Assembly: GCA_963734545.1 (NCBI GenBank)
Contig: CAVTHO010000008.1
Coordinates: forward strand, 416,001 to 480,000
From: an uncultured Spirochaetota bacterium
GTDB lineage: Bacteria > Spirochaetota > Spirochaetia > SZUA-6 > Fen-1364
DNA length: 64,000 bases
Direction: 5' to 3'
In this document: piece after piece, positions 1-8,340 of the stretch
Position numbering within the stretch: the stretch's first letter is position 1
How the letters are laid out: each line of letters starts with the position of its first letter
The notes under the pieces: generated by a model
The model's database searches: none
What the model was told of the DNA's origin: nothing
What the model saw: the letters and a program-made list of their open reading frames with translations, nothing else
Position numbers and translations under genes: made by a program

Positions 1-799
1 TGCTCACGTTGACACCCAGCATGCGGGATATCCGGTTGAACACCGCGTCAGGAAGGATCCCGCGGAGAAGCGACGCGAGCTTCACCGTGCGCGGTCTCTT
101 GGGGGAGTGGCGCCCGCGCTTGAGGGCGCTCTCCACGATCGCCTTTGCCACGACGTCGTGACTGCGCAGCACCGGTATGACCAGGCCGCCGAGCCCGGGC
201 ATGCGGGCGCCTCCGAACATTCCTTCCGCCACGTAGTTGGGATGAATCGACGACCATTTCACGCCGCGCTTGCCTGCGTTGAGGGTCTCGTGACGGAGTG
301 ATTCGGTGAGGCCCCAGACGGCCCACTTCGTGGCCGCGTACACGGCCAGGCCGGCCACCCCGACGGTGCCGGCGGCGGAGGACACGTTCACGATATGACC
401 GCTGTCCCTCTCCATCATCGCCGGCAGGAACGCCCGCGTCGTGTACAGCAGCGACGTAAGATTCACGTCGATCATCTTCTCCCACCGCTCGTCCGGTTGA
501 TCAAGAAGGTTTCCTCCGAACAGGATCCCCGCGTTGTTGACCAGGATATCGACCCTGCCCATCTCTTCCGCGGCCAGGCGCGCCAGCCGGTAGACTTCCC
601 CCTTGTCGGTGATGTCGCAGCGGTGACCGAACACAGGTGAGCCCAGTCCCTCCAGATCCTTCCTCGATTTCTCGAGGGCATCTGCATCGATGTCCCAGAG
701 GGTGAGCGCGCATCCTTCCCGCGCAAGCCTTCGGCAGACGGCAAGCCCGATTCCCCGTGCCGCACCTGTGACGACGCACGTCTTGCCTTTCAGCTTCAT
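1..799 (-). CDS. SDR family oxidoreductase (3' end runs off the window)
   Basis: Manual translation from ATG at 799: [18 protein letters not shown]...VDILVNNAG...VNVSS...YAATK. Shows the TGxxxGIG, NNAG and YxxxK motifs. Missing from the ORF track because its stop lies outside the window. Confidence 0.9.
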   Translation of the reverse strand, partial: MKLKGKTCVVTGAARGIGLAVCRRLAREGCALTLWDIDADALEKSRKDLEGLGSPVFGHRCDITDKGEVYRLARLAAEEMGRVDILVNNAGILFGGNLLDQPDERWEKMIDVNLTSLLYTTRAFLPAMMERDSGHIVNVSSAAGTVGVAGLAVYAATKWAVWGLTESLRHETLNAGKRGVKWSSIHPNYVAEGMFGGARMPGLGGLVIPVLRSHDVVAKAIVESALKRGRHSPKRPRTVKLASLLRGILPDAVFNRISRMLGVNVS

Positions 800-943
800 G
801 TTTTCCTCACTGCTTGGCGGCATTTTAGTCGATACCTCCGCAGGAATCCAGCAATAATTCATACGGGCCACAACTTGTCATGCGGCGCGAAAACTCCCTA
901 CCATGAGAGGACTGCCCGAATAAAATCCGAGGAGGAACCTGCA

Positions 944-1387
944 ATGTGGAAAGACCTGAAAGCATTCATCCTGAGAGGAAACGTGCTCGACCTTGCGATC
1001 GGCATCATCATAGGCGCCGCGTTCGGCAAGATCGTCACGTCACTGGTCAATGATGTCATCATGCCGCCCATCGGGCTGCTGCTGGGAAGGCTGGACTTCT
1101 CCAGCCTCTACATCAACCTGTCCGGACAGCCCTACGCGTCCCTCGCCGCGGCAAAAGCGGCCGGCGCACCCGTGATAGCCTTTGGCGTCTTTGTCAACGC
1201 CGTGATCGATTTTCTCATCGTCGCGATAGTGATCTTTTTTGTGGTTCGCGGCGCGAACAGGCTGGTGGCCAAGCCAAAACAGACCCCGACGGCTCCCACG
1301 ACGAGGGAATGCCCCTACTGTCTTTCGACAATAGCAATCAAGGCGAGCCGGTGTCCGCACTGCACCTCGCAGGTGGGTCCCGCATAG
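944..1387 (+). CDS. mscL: Large-conductance mechanosensitive channel with C-terminal CxxC...CxxC zinc ribbon
   Basis: [37 protein letters not shown] signature; GAGGAGG SD upstream of ATG 944. Confidence 0.95.
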   Translation: MWKDLKAFILRGNVLDLAIGIIIGAAFGKIVTSLVNDVIMPPIGLLLGRLDFSSLYINLSGQPYASLAAAKAAGAPVIAFGVFVNAVIDFLIVAIVIFFVVRGANRLVAKPKQTPTAPTTRECPYCLSTIAIKASRCPHCTSQVGPA

Positions 1388-1391
1388 GAGA

Positions 1392-1481
1392 GTGCGCCGC
1401 GTACGCGCGGATTCGCGCCGCGTACGCGCGGATTCGTGCGCCGCGTACTCGTGGATTCGTGCGCCGCGTACTCGCGGATTC
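1392..1481. repeat. Tandem repeat, 4 copies of a 21-23 bp unit (GT)GCGCCGCGTAC(G/T)CG(C/T)GGATTC
   Basis: Units read directly at 1392-1414, 1415-1435, 1436-1458 and 1459-1481. Confidence 0.9.
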
Positions 1482-1544
1482 TTGCCCGCTTTCCCCCTCG
1501 CAGGAGGGTCAGTATCTTCAATCAACCCTCAAAAGGAGACACGA

Positions 1545-2300
1545 ATGGCAATGACAGCACTGCAGATCAAGGATCTGCTGAACGAGAACCGCTACCATGA
1601 CTGCGAGGGGGTGGGGCGGGACAAGATCTGTGTCCGTATCGCGGCCATCGCCGACCTGCCGTCCCGGTTCGGCCAGTTCCAGGTGGTGGCGTTCTGGAAC
1701 AATCGCGACGGAAAGGAGCATGCCGCGTTCGTCCATGGTGACATCTCGAATGCCGAAGGCGTGCCGGCACGGCTGCACTCGGAGTGCCTGACCGGGGACG
1801 CCATAGGGTCGCTGCGCTGCGACTGCCGTGACCAGCTCGAGGCCGCGCTCAAGGACCTGGGCCAGCGGGAAAACGGCATCCTGCTCTACCTGCGCCAGGA
1901 AGGACGCGGCATCGGCTTCCTCAACAAGATCCGGGCGTACGGGCTGCAGGACCACGGCATGGACACGGTCGAAGCCAACCTGGCCCTCGGGTTCCGCGAC
2001 GACGAGCGGGACTACGCCGTTGCCGCGCACATGATCTATTCCCTGAAAGTGAAATCCATCAGGCTGATGACGAACAATCCGAAAAAGATAAACGGTCTCG
2101 TGCAGCTCGGCGTGAAGGTGACGGACCGCATTCCGCTCGTCATCCCGCCCAATCAGTACAACCGGTTCTATCTCGAGACAAAAAAGGAAAAATCCGGGCA
2201 CCTCCTGGACACGGCCGGCAAGGAGCACCTCACCGAGCAGCTCGACCGGCCGGTCGTGGAGGGCATGTCACCCGATCAGGCTATCGACATACAGGATTGA
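1545..2300 (+). CDS. ribA: GTP cyclohydrolase II
   Basis: RLHSECLTGD, RCDC, YLRQEGRGIG and LMTNNPKK motifs; AAGGAG SD before ATG 1545. Confidence 0.93.
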   Translation: MAMTALQIKDLLNENRYHDCEGVGRDKICVRIAAIADLPSRFGQFQVVAFWNNRDGKEHAAFVHGDISNAEGVPARLHSECLTGDAIGSLRCDCRDQLEAALKDLGQRENGILLYLRQEGRGIGFLNKIRAYGLQDHGMDTVEANLALGFRDDERDYAVAAHMIYSLKVKSIRLMTNNPKKINGLVQLGVKVTDRIPLVIPPNQYNRFYLETKKEKSGHLLDTAGKEHLTEQLDRPVVEGMSPDQAIDIQD

Positions 2301-2337
2301 GCAGGGGGAAGGCCGCGAACGGCCCAGCCGCAAGCCT

Positions 2338-3310
2338 TCAGCGCGGAATCAGGAGGACCTTGCCGGTGGTCTTTCTGTCCTGGAGCTGCCGGTGCGCCTC
2401 CGCGGCCTCGGCAAGGGGAAAGGTCGCGCCGATCCTCAGGCTCAGCCTGCCGTTGGCCACCCACTGCAGCACATCGCCCGCCCGGCGCTGAAGGCTCGCG
2501 CTGTCAGCGATGTAATGGCCGAGTGTGGGACGTGTCAGGTACAGGGAACCTTTTGCGCTCAGGATGCCCCGGGTCAATCGGGCCGACCTTTCCGCTGGAC
2601 TGGCCGAACAGAACCATGACTCCCCGGGGCGCCAGGCAGTCCAGGCCTTTCAGGAAGGTCGTCGCGCCCACCGAGTCGTACACGGCCCTGACGCCGACGC
2701 CCGCCGTGATGCGCTTCACTTCCTGCAGAAAATCCTTCTCCGTATAGAGGATGATGTCCTGGGCGCCCGCCTTGCGCGCCAGCTCCGCTTTTTCCTGGGT
2801 GGAAACAGTGGCGATGACCCGGGCGCCGCACATGCGCGCCGCCTGCACGAGGAGGAGCCCCACACCGCCGGCCGCTGCGTGGACCAGGATGGTATCCCCC
2901 TTCCGCACGGGGCAGGTATCCCGGACGAGGTAATGGGCCGTCATGCCCTGCAGCATGGCTGCGGCAGCCTGCTGAAAGGTGATGCGCTTGGGCAGGCGGA
3001 CCGCCCTGTCCGCGTGCACCAGGACCGCCTCCGCATAGGTGCCGGGAACGTTGGCGTATGCCACCCGGTCCCCGGCGCGCAGGCCGCGGGCATCCTGTCC
3101 CACCGCCTCCACTGTGCCGGCTCCCTCCATGCCCGGCACCGAGGGCAGCGGCACATCGTACAGGCCTGTTCTACGGTATACGTCGATGAAGTTGACGCCG
3201 ATTGCTTCCTGGCGGACAAGGACCTGCCCTGGTCCGGGTGCCGGTGTCTCCCGCTCGCGCAGGTGCATGACCTCGGGGCCCCCGAACTGCTCGACGAGTA
3301 TCTCTTTCAT
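2338..3310 (-). CDS. qor: NADPH:quinone oxidoreductase (zeta-crystallin/Qor family), frameshift near 2568
   Basis: AIGVNFID.YRRTGLY and VHAAAGGVG in ORF 2504..3316; the C-terminus KGSLYLTRP...TTGKVLL continues in ORF 2338..2577. Confidence 0.88.
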
Positions 3311-3344
3311 GGACAAAGATTGTAGACGGAAACGGGAAGGGGCG

Positions 3345-3536
3345 CTATACGACCTTTACCACTTTGCCGCTGCGCAGGCAGCGCGTGCAGATCTTGATCG
3401 TCGTTTTCGTCCTGCCGACCATGGTCTGGATTTTCAGGAGATTCGGCTTCCACACCCTGCGGGTCCTGTTCTTGGCGTGGCTGACCTTGTTCCCCGTGAC
3501 CGTACCTTTTCCGCATATGTCACACTTGCGTGCCAT
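3345..3536 (-). CDS. rpmB: 50S ribosomal protein L28 (zinc-binding, Cys-containing form)
   Basis: [10 protein letters not shown]...[19 protein letters not shown]...[10 protein letters not shown]. Confidence 0.97.
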   Translation of the reverse strand: MARKCDICGKGTVTGNKVSHAKNRTRRVWKPNLLKIQTMVGRTKTTIKICTRCLRSGKVVKVV

Positions 3537-3634
3537 TGATTGCCTGCCTTAGATTTCGAAGTTAACCAGAGGCAAAAACATATAGAAAAAGGGGCCTTGT
3601 GTAAAGGGGGACAGCCTGGTGGGAGAGCGTATGC

Positions 3635-3742
3635 GGCCATTGTGGTTTTCGACGAATTGAGAAGGGCATCTTCTAAATTTCGCGTTTTCCCAAGGTCCGG
3701 CTGAGCTATCGAGAAAAAAGGGCTGCGGCGGCGTTGCCGACC
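3635..3742. repeat. Dispersed ~110-bp intergenic element, copy A (dyad AATTGAGAAG-N5-CTTCTAAATT)
   Basis: 3635-3695 matches the reverse complement of 39018-39078 at 46/61 positions ungapped (manual count). Confidence 0.75.
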
Positions 3743-3759
3743 GTCGAAGGCCCCACTCC

Positions 3760-5739
3760 CTATGCCAGCATCACCTGGCCGCCTGTCACCGGCAGGGCCT
3801 GCCCGGTCTCGTACTCCTGGTCCACGAGGTAGAGGATCGCCTTCAGGACGTCCTCCACCCTGCACCCCCTGCCCATGGGGACCCGGGACTCGTAGAACCG
3901 GCGCACGTCGTCCACTGTCTTCGCTCCCGGCACCTTTCCGGCCCGGAGGTACTGGACAAAGAGCCCCTTTTCAGGGTCAGCCCACAGGGGCCCTTCGAAG
4001 AAATTCCCCGGGCAGATCGCGTTGACCTTGATCCCGTCCCCCACGAGCTCCAGGGCAAACGACTGCGTGAGCCCGATGCCTCCGAACTTCCCCCCCGCGT
4101 ACGCGAAGTTCTTGTTGCTCCCTTCCAGACCCGACTTGGAGTTGATCTGGATGATGTCCGCGGTCCGGTCCGGCATGAACCTGCGCTGCAGCTTCATGAT
4201 CGGGGAAAGATACTTCACGCAGAGGAAGTACCCCGAGTAGTTGACCCGGGTCACGAAATCGAAGGTTTCCGGGCTCATCTCCTCAAGGCTCCCCGCCTTG
4301 AGCACGCCCGCGTTGCTCACGAGGATGTCCAGGCCTCCGAACGCCGTCACGCACGCGCGCGCCAGGCCCTGCAGGGACGCAGGGCTGGTCACGTCGGCCG
4401 GCACGAAGAGTGCCCGGTTCGTCACGCCCGCTGCGCCTGCTGTCCCATTCAGCTCGTCCTGCAGTGCGTGGCCCGCCGCTTCATTCAGATCGGCGATCAC
4501 CACGTTCGCGCCTTCGCGGAAGAGGCCTTCCGCGATCCCCCTGCCAAATCCCTGCGCCGCGCCCGTGATCAAGGCTATCCTGCCTTCTGTGCGCCGCCGG
4601 GCAGCGGCGCCTTTTGCCACGCTGGCACGGTAGCTCTCCACCTCCCAGGTCTCGATGAACTGGATGTCGCGCGCGGAGAGAAATCGCGGCCCGCCGAACG
4701 CGGCGGAGAGAAAGCTCACCTTCATCAGGTCCTCGAACATGTCCAGGCAGGTCTCGGCGGAGCGTTTCGTGTCCTCCACCGCAATGACGCCCAGCCCTGC
4801 AATCAGAAGTATCTTCGGCGCGTAACCCCACTTGCTCTTGTACGTCTCCAGCGCTGCCGGGACGGCTTTGAAGAGCTCCTCGGGATCGCCGCGGAACGTG
4901 AGCAGCAGGGGGGCGGACTTGCAATAGACGATGTCATCCGGCATGAACGGCAGGACCACACCCTGCTGGTGTTCCGGCTGGAGAAAGTGCTCGACAAGCG
5001 CGTTGTTGCGGACAGCCGCGACCTTTGCGGCGCCCGGCCCCGAGAGCATCATGCGGAGGCCGGGCAGCACGCGTACCACCGCGTCCGGCACGGGGCGTTC
5101 TTCACGCGGGACCGGCCCCTGGAAGCGCGCGGAAATCTTTCGCACCACCTCGTCGGTGAGAGAGCGGATCTCCGCGGTCGTCTCGGCCGCCACCACGAGA
5201 CCGTGGTTCTGCATGAGCACGATCCGAGGGTCTCCGCCGTGCGCGCCGCGGTAGTCTTTCAGCAGCTCCTGCATGAGCTTCGCGAGCCGGTAGCCGGGGT
5301 CCGTGTAGGGCACCCACAGGGCTTCCCTGCCGAAAAGCTCCCGCGTGACCGCCTCCCCGTTCTTCGCGCAGGTAAGCGCATTCACCATGTACGGGTGGGT
5401 GTGCACGACGAACCGCCAGGCAAGCATCTCATGAAGAGAGGTTTCCACGGACGGACGGCCCCCCTTTTCAGGGTCTGTCCTGCTTGCCATCAGATCGGCC
5501 TTTATCTGCGCTTCCCTCTTGAAAGGATCCTCGCTGTAGGTGCGCGAGAGGACCTGCCGGACCGCCTCACGGGAAAGCTCCACGAAGCCCGTCTCCGTAA
5601 TGTCCTTCAGACCTGCGCCGCTCGCCTTGATGGCAATCCGCGCGGCGTCCTTGACGGAGGTATTGCCCCCGCCGGCAACGGCAAAATCGCTGCCGAGACC
5701 GAAGAATCGGGAGACTTCTATCAGCTCTGTCAGGTCCAC
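3760..5739 (-). CDS. Bifunctional class II aldolase / SDR dehydrogenase fusion (RhaD-like N-terminus, SrlD-like C-terminus)
   Basis: N-terminal GGGNTSVK, RPSVET, VHTHP and QNHG (class II aldolase Zn ligands). C-terminal TGAAQGFG, NAG, INSKSG and YAGGKFGG. Confidence 0.85.
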   Translation of the reverse strand: MDLTELIEVSRFFGLGSDFAVAGGGNTSVKDAARIAIKASGAGLKDITETGFVELSREAVRQVLSRTYSEDPFKREAQIKADLMASRTDPEKGGRPSVETSLHEMLAWRFVVHTHPYMVNALTCAKNGEAVTRELFGREALWVPYTDPGYRLAKLMQELLKDYRGAHGGDPRIVLMQNHGLVVAAETTAEIRSLTDEVVRKISARFQGPVPREERPVPDAVVRVLPGLRMMLSGPGAAKVAAVRNNALVEHFLQPEHQQGVVLPFMPDDIVYCKSAPLLLTFRGDPEELFKAVPAALETYKSKWGYAPKILLIAGLGVIAVEDTKRSAETCLDMFEDLMKVSFLSAAFGGPRFLSARDIQFIETWEVESYRASVAKGAAARRRTEGRIALITGAAQGFGRGIAEGLFREGANVVIADLNEAAGHALQDELNGTAGAAGVTNRALFVPADVTSPASLQGLARACVTAFGGLDILVSNAGVLKAGSLEEMSPETFDFVTRVNYSGYFLCVKYLSPIMKLQRRFMPDRTADIIQINSKSGLEGSNKNFAYAGGKFGGIGLTQSFALELVGDGIKVNAICPGNFFEGPLWADPEKGLFVQYLRAGKVPGAKTVDDVRRFYESRVPMGRGCRVEDVLKAILYLVDQEYETGQALPVTGGQVMLA

Positions 5740-5740
5740 G

Positions 5741-7015
5741 CTAGCGCCTCTTTGCGAGCACGGTGCGCTCGTGTTCCGTCACCCGGTCCAGCCATGCCGC
5801 TCCGACGGGCACGCCCTGCTGTGCGCAGAACCGGTCCCACACGGCGCCGTGGGGCAGGTCCTTGACCTCTTCCCCGAGGGCCAGGCGGGCAGTGAGGTTC
5901 CCGGAAGCCTCCTCTTTCCTGAGCATCTCGGTCGGCTCGAGGAGGGCCAGGAGAATGGCCTTGAGGGTCGCGCGCGCGCCGATCACCCAGGCGGCCACCC
6001 GGTTGATGCTCGCGTCGAAATAGTCCGTTGCCACGTGCACCCTGCCCCACGCGTCTGCCCGGGCAACCTCGGCAGCCACGGCCTTCACCTCGTCGTTCAG
6101 GGTGACGACATGGTCGCTGTCCCACCGCACCCCGCGGCTCACGTGGAGGAGCAGCTCCCTGCTGAAGAGAAGGACCGGCGAGATCTTGTCCGCCACCGAC
6201 TCCGTGGGATGGAAGTGTCCCATGTCGAGGCAGAGCATGAGGTCGTTCTTCAGGGCGTAGCCCAGGTAGAACTCGTGTGAGCCCACGACGTAGGACTCGG
6301 ACCCGATCCCGAAGAGCTTGCCCTCCACCGCGTCGCGCTCGTACCGGGGGTCCAGCTTCTTCTCGAATATCCGGTCAAGCGATTCCTTCAGCAGCACGCG
6401 CGGTGCGTGCCGGTCCGCGGGAGAGTCCTTGTACCCATCCGCAATCCAGAGGTTGACGATGGAGGGGGTGCCGAGCGTCTTTCCCATGGCCTCGCCGATC
6501 TCGCGGCAGCGCAGGGAATGCTTCACCCAGAAGTCCCGGACCTTCCGGTCACGGGAGGAAAGGGTGAAACCCGAATCCGCCATGGGGTGGCTGAAGAAGG
6601 TGGGATTGAAATCCAGCCCGATGCCGAGCTTCCTTGCCCAGGCGATCCAGGCCGCGAAGTGCTCGGGACCCAGGGAGTCGCGCTCCACCTTCCGTCCCCC
6701 TGTTTCCGCGTATATGGCATGCAGGTTGGCCCTGTGTGCTCCGGGTATCAGGGAAAAGGCCACCTCGTAGTCCGCGCGCAGCTCCTCCGCGGTCCGCGCC
6801 TTCCCCGGGTAGTTGCCCGTGGCCTGGATGCCGCCTCCGGTGAGACCCGCGGTGCTCTCGAATCCGCCCACGTCGTCCCCCTGCCAGCAGTGCAGGGACA
6901 GCGGGATCGAGGCGAGAGTGGAGAGCGCTTTCTCCACGTCGATGCCCCAGAGGGCGTACGCCGCCTTCGCGTTTTCGAAGCTGCGGGCGATTGTATCTGC
7001 CGAGGGTTGCTGCAT
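5741..7015 (-). CDS. rhaA: L-rhamnose isomerase
   Basis: SLHCWQGDDVGGFE, GGIQATGNYPGKART, DFNPTFFSHP, EGKLFGIGSESYVVGSHEFY, LHVSRGVRWDSDHVV. Confidence 0.95.
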   Translation of the reverse strand: MQQPSADTIARSFENAKAAYALWGIDVEKALSTLASIPLSLHCWQGDDVGGFESTAGLTGGGIQATGNYPGKARTAEELRADYEVAFSLIPGAHRANLHAIYAETGGRKVERDSLGPEHFAAWIAWARKLGIGLDFNPTFFSHPMADSGFTLSSRDRKVRDFWVKHSLRCREIGEAMGKTLGTPSIVNLWIADGYKDSPADRHAPRVLLKESLDRIFEKKLDPRYERDAVEGKLFGIGSESYVVGSHEFYLGYALKNDLMLCLDMGHFHPTESVADKISPVLLFSRELLLHVSRGVRWDSDHVVTLNDEVKAVAAEVARADAWGRVHVATDYFDASINRVAAWVIGARATLKAILLALLEPTEMLRKEEASGNLTARLALGEEVKDLPHGAVWDRFCAQQGVPVGAAWLDRVTEHERTVLAKRR

Positions 7016-7029
7016 AAAGGGCTCCTCTC

Positions 7030-8340
7030 TCAGTTGGTCAATGCGGCGATGGCGGCCCCCAGAAGAGGAGCGTCCTCCACGGATGCGACTTCCCACGCGC
7101 GCGCGTTTTTTCCCGCAAGGAATCGGTACATGTGCGACTCGACCCGCATGCGGAAGGACCGGAGCTGCCAGAAGGTGGAACCGTCCGCGGTGATGCAGAT
7201 CGGGTAGCGGGGGTCCCGGCCCTTGTCCGTCTTCAGGACCAGGGCGCAGAGATTCATCGCCACCAGGGCCGCTGCACGCTCAACGAGTGTATCGCAAAGC
7301 CGGTAAAGGGCCTGGGCGTCCTCCGCGGGAACGCGCCCGCATACGGCGCCCAGCGGGTTGTCATTCCCGTCAGGGTAGAGCAGGAAATCGTTCAATTCCC
7401 GGCCGGAAAGCGACTGCACACGAGCAAGCTCGCGCGCTGCGTCCGCGGAGAGGCAGCCTTGCTGCGCCGCACGCCGCGCCGTGAAGAGACAGAGGGCGCT
7501 CAGGTACGCGCCCGAGATCGCCTTCTCATGTCGATACTTCCCGGGAACCGCGGTGGTGGCGTCGAACTCGTCGTCGACCTTCCCGAATGTCCCGCCGAAG
7601 GATCCGGATTCGGTATTGATGATCTGCGATCCCGCGGCATCCAGACCCGGAATCTTGCGGATGTTCGCGTTGGACTCCACGTACGCCGCATTTATTCCGG
7701 TGCCGCAGACAAGCCCGATGAAGCCGTCGAAACGCCTGCCCGGCAGGGCATTGCGCCCCGCCAGGAGCGTGGCCACCGTGTCGTTCAGCAGCACGATCCG
7801 GGGAGGCTCCCGGACGCCCGCCGCTGCCATGGCGCGGCGGAGATTCGCGCCGATCAGCTCGCCTTCCACGCTGCGCGCCTTGATCTCCTTTGAGAAGTGC
7901 AGGAGCTTGCCGTCCTTGTCCGGCATCATCTGCGCGGCGTACGAAAAACAGAACCCGATCCGGTCAGCCCTGCCGGCAAACGGGAGGACGAATCCCGCCA
8001 TGAGCCTGAAAAAATCGTCCTTGCCGAGCTCCTTTTCCACGCCCGGCATTGCGTGCCGCGCCAGGTCCTCGATCACCGGCTTCCCCGCCGGATCGAAGCT
8101 CACCACCGCCACTCTCAGGTTGGTGCCGCCCGCGTCGAGCGCGATCACCTTCTCCGCGCGCGGCACCTCCCGGGCCGTTTCGATGAAGGTCGGAATCATG
8201 GGCAGGGAGGACGGCCTGCCTTCGAGACCCCGGCGCATCTCCTCCTGGAAGGCCCCGCAGAGACGGGCGAAGTCGATGCGCGAGGGGATGATGCGGTTGA
8301 CCGCCATGAACCGGTCAAGGGATCGAGAGGCGCGATTCAT
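7030..8340 (-). CDS. Hexokinase (eukaryote-type hexokinase family)
   Basis: SSLPMIPTFI, IALDAGGTNLRV, GFCFSY, LLNDTVATLL, GTGINAAYVE, INTESG, DGS motifs. Confidence 0.88.
   Translation of the reverse strand: MNRASRSLDRFMAVNRIIPSRIDFARLCGAFQEEMRRGLEGRPSSLPMIPTFIETAREVPRAEKVIALDAGGTNLRVAVVSFDPAGKPVIEDLARHAMPGVEKELGKDDFFRLMAGFVLPFAGRADRIGFCFSYAAQMMPDKDGKLLHFSKEIKARSVEGELIGANLRRAMAAAGVREPPRIVLLNDTVATLLAGRNALPGRRFDGFIGLVCGTGINAAYVESNANIRKIPGLDAAGSQIINTESGSFGGTFGKVDDEFDATTAVPGKYRHEKAISGAYLSALCLFTARRAAQQGCLSADAARELARVQSLSGRELNDFLLYPDGNDNPLGAVCGRVPAEDAQALYRLCDTLVERAAALVAMNLCALVLKTDKGRDPRYPICITADGSTFWQLRSFRMRVESHMYRFLAGKNARAWEVASVEDAPLLGAAIAALTN

Noticed and set aside
1392-1544. CRISPR array, FMN riboswitch or N-terminal RibA extension
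   Set aside because: No spacers and no RFN consensus. The repeat-encoded peptide is low-complexity, and a good SD precedes ATG 1545.
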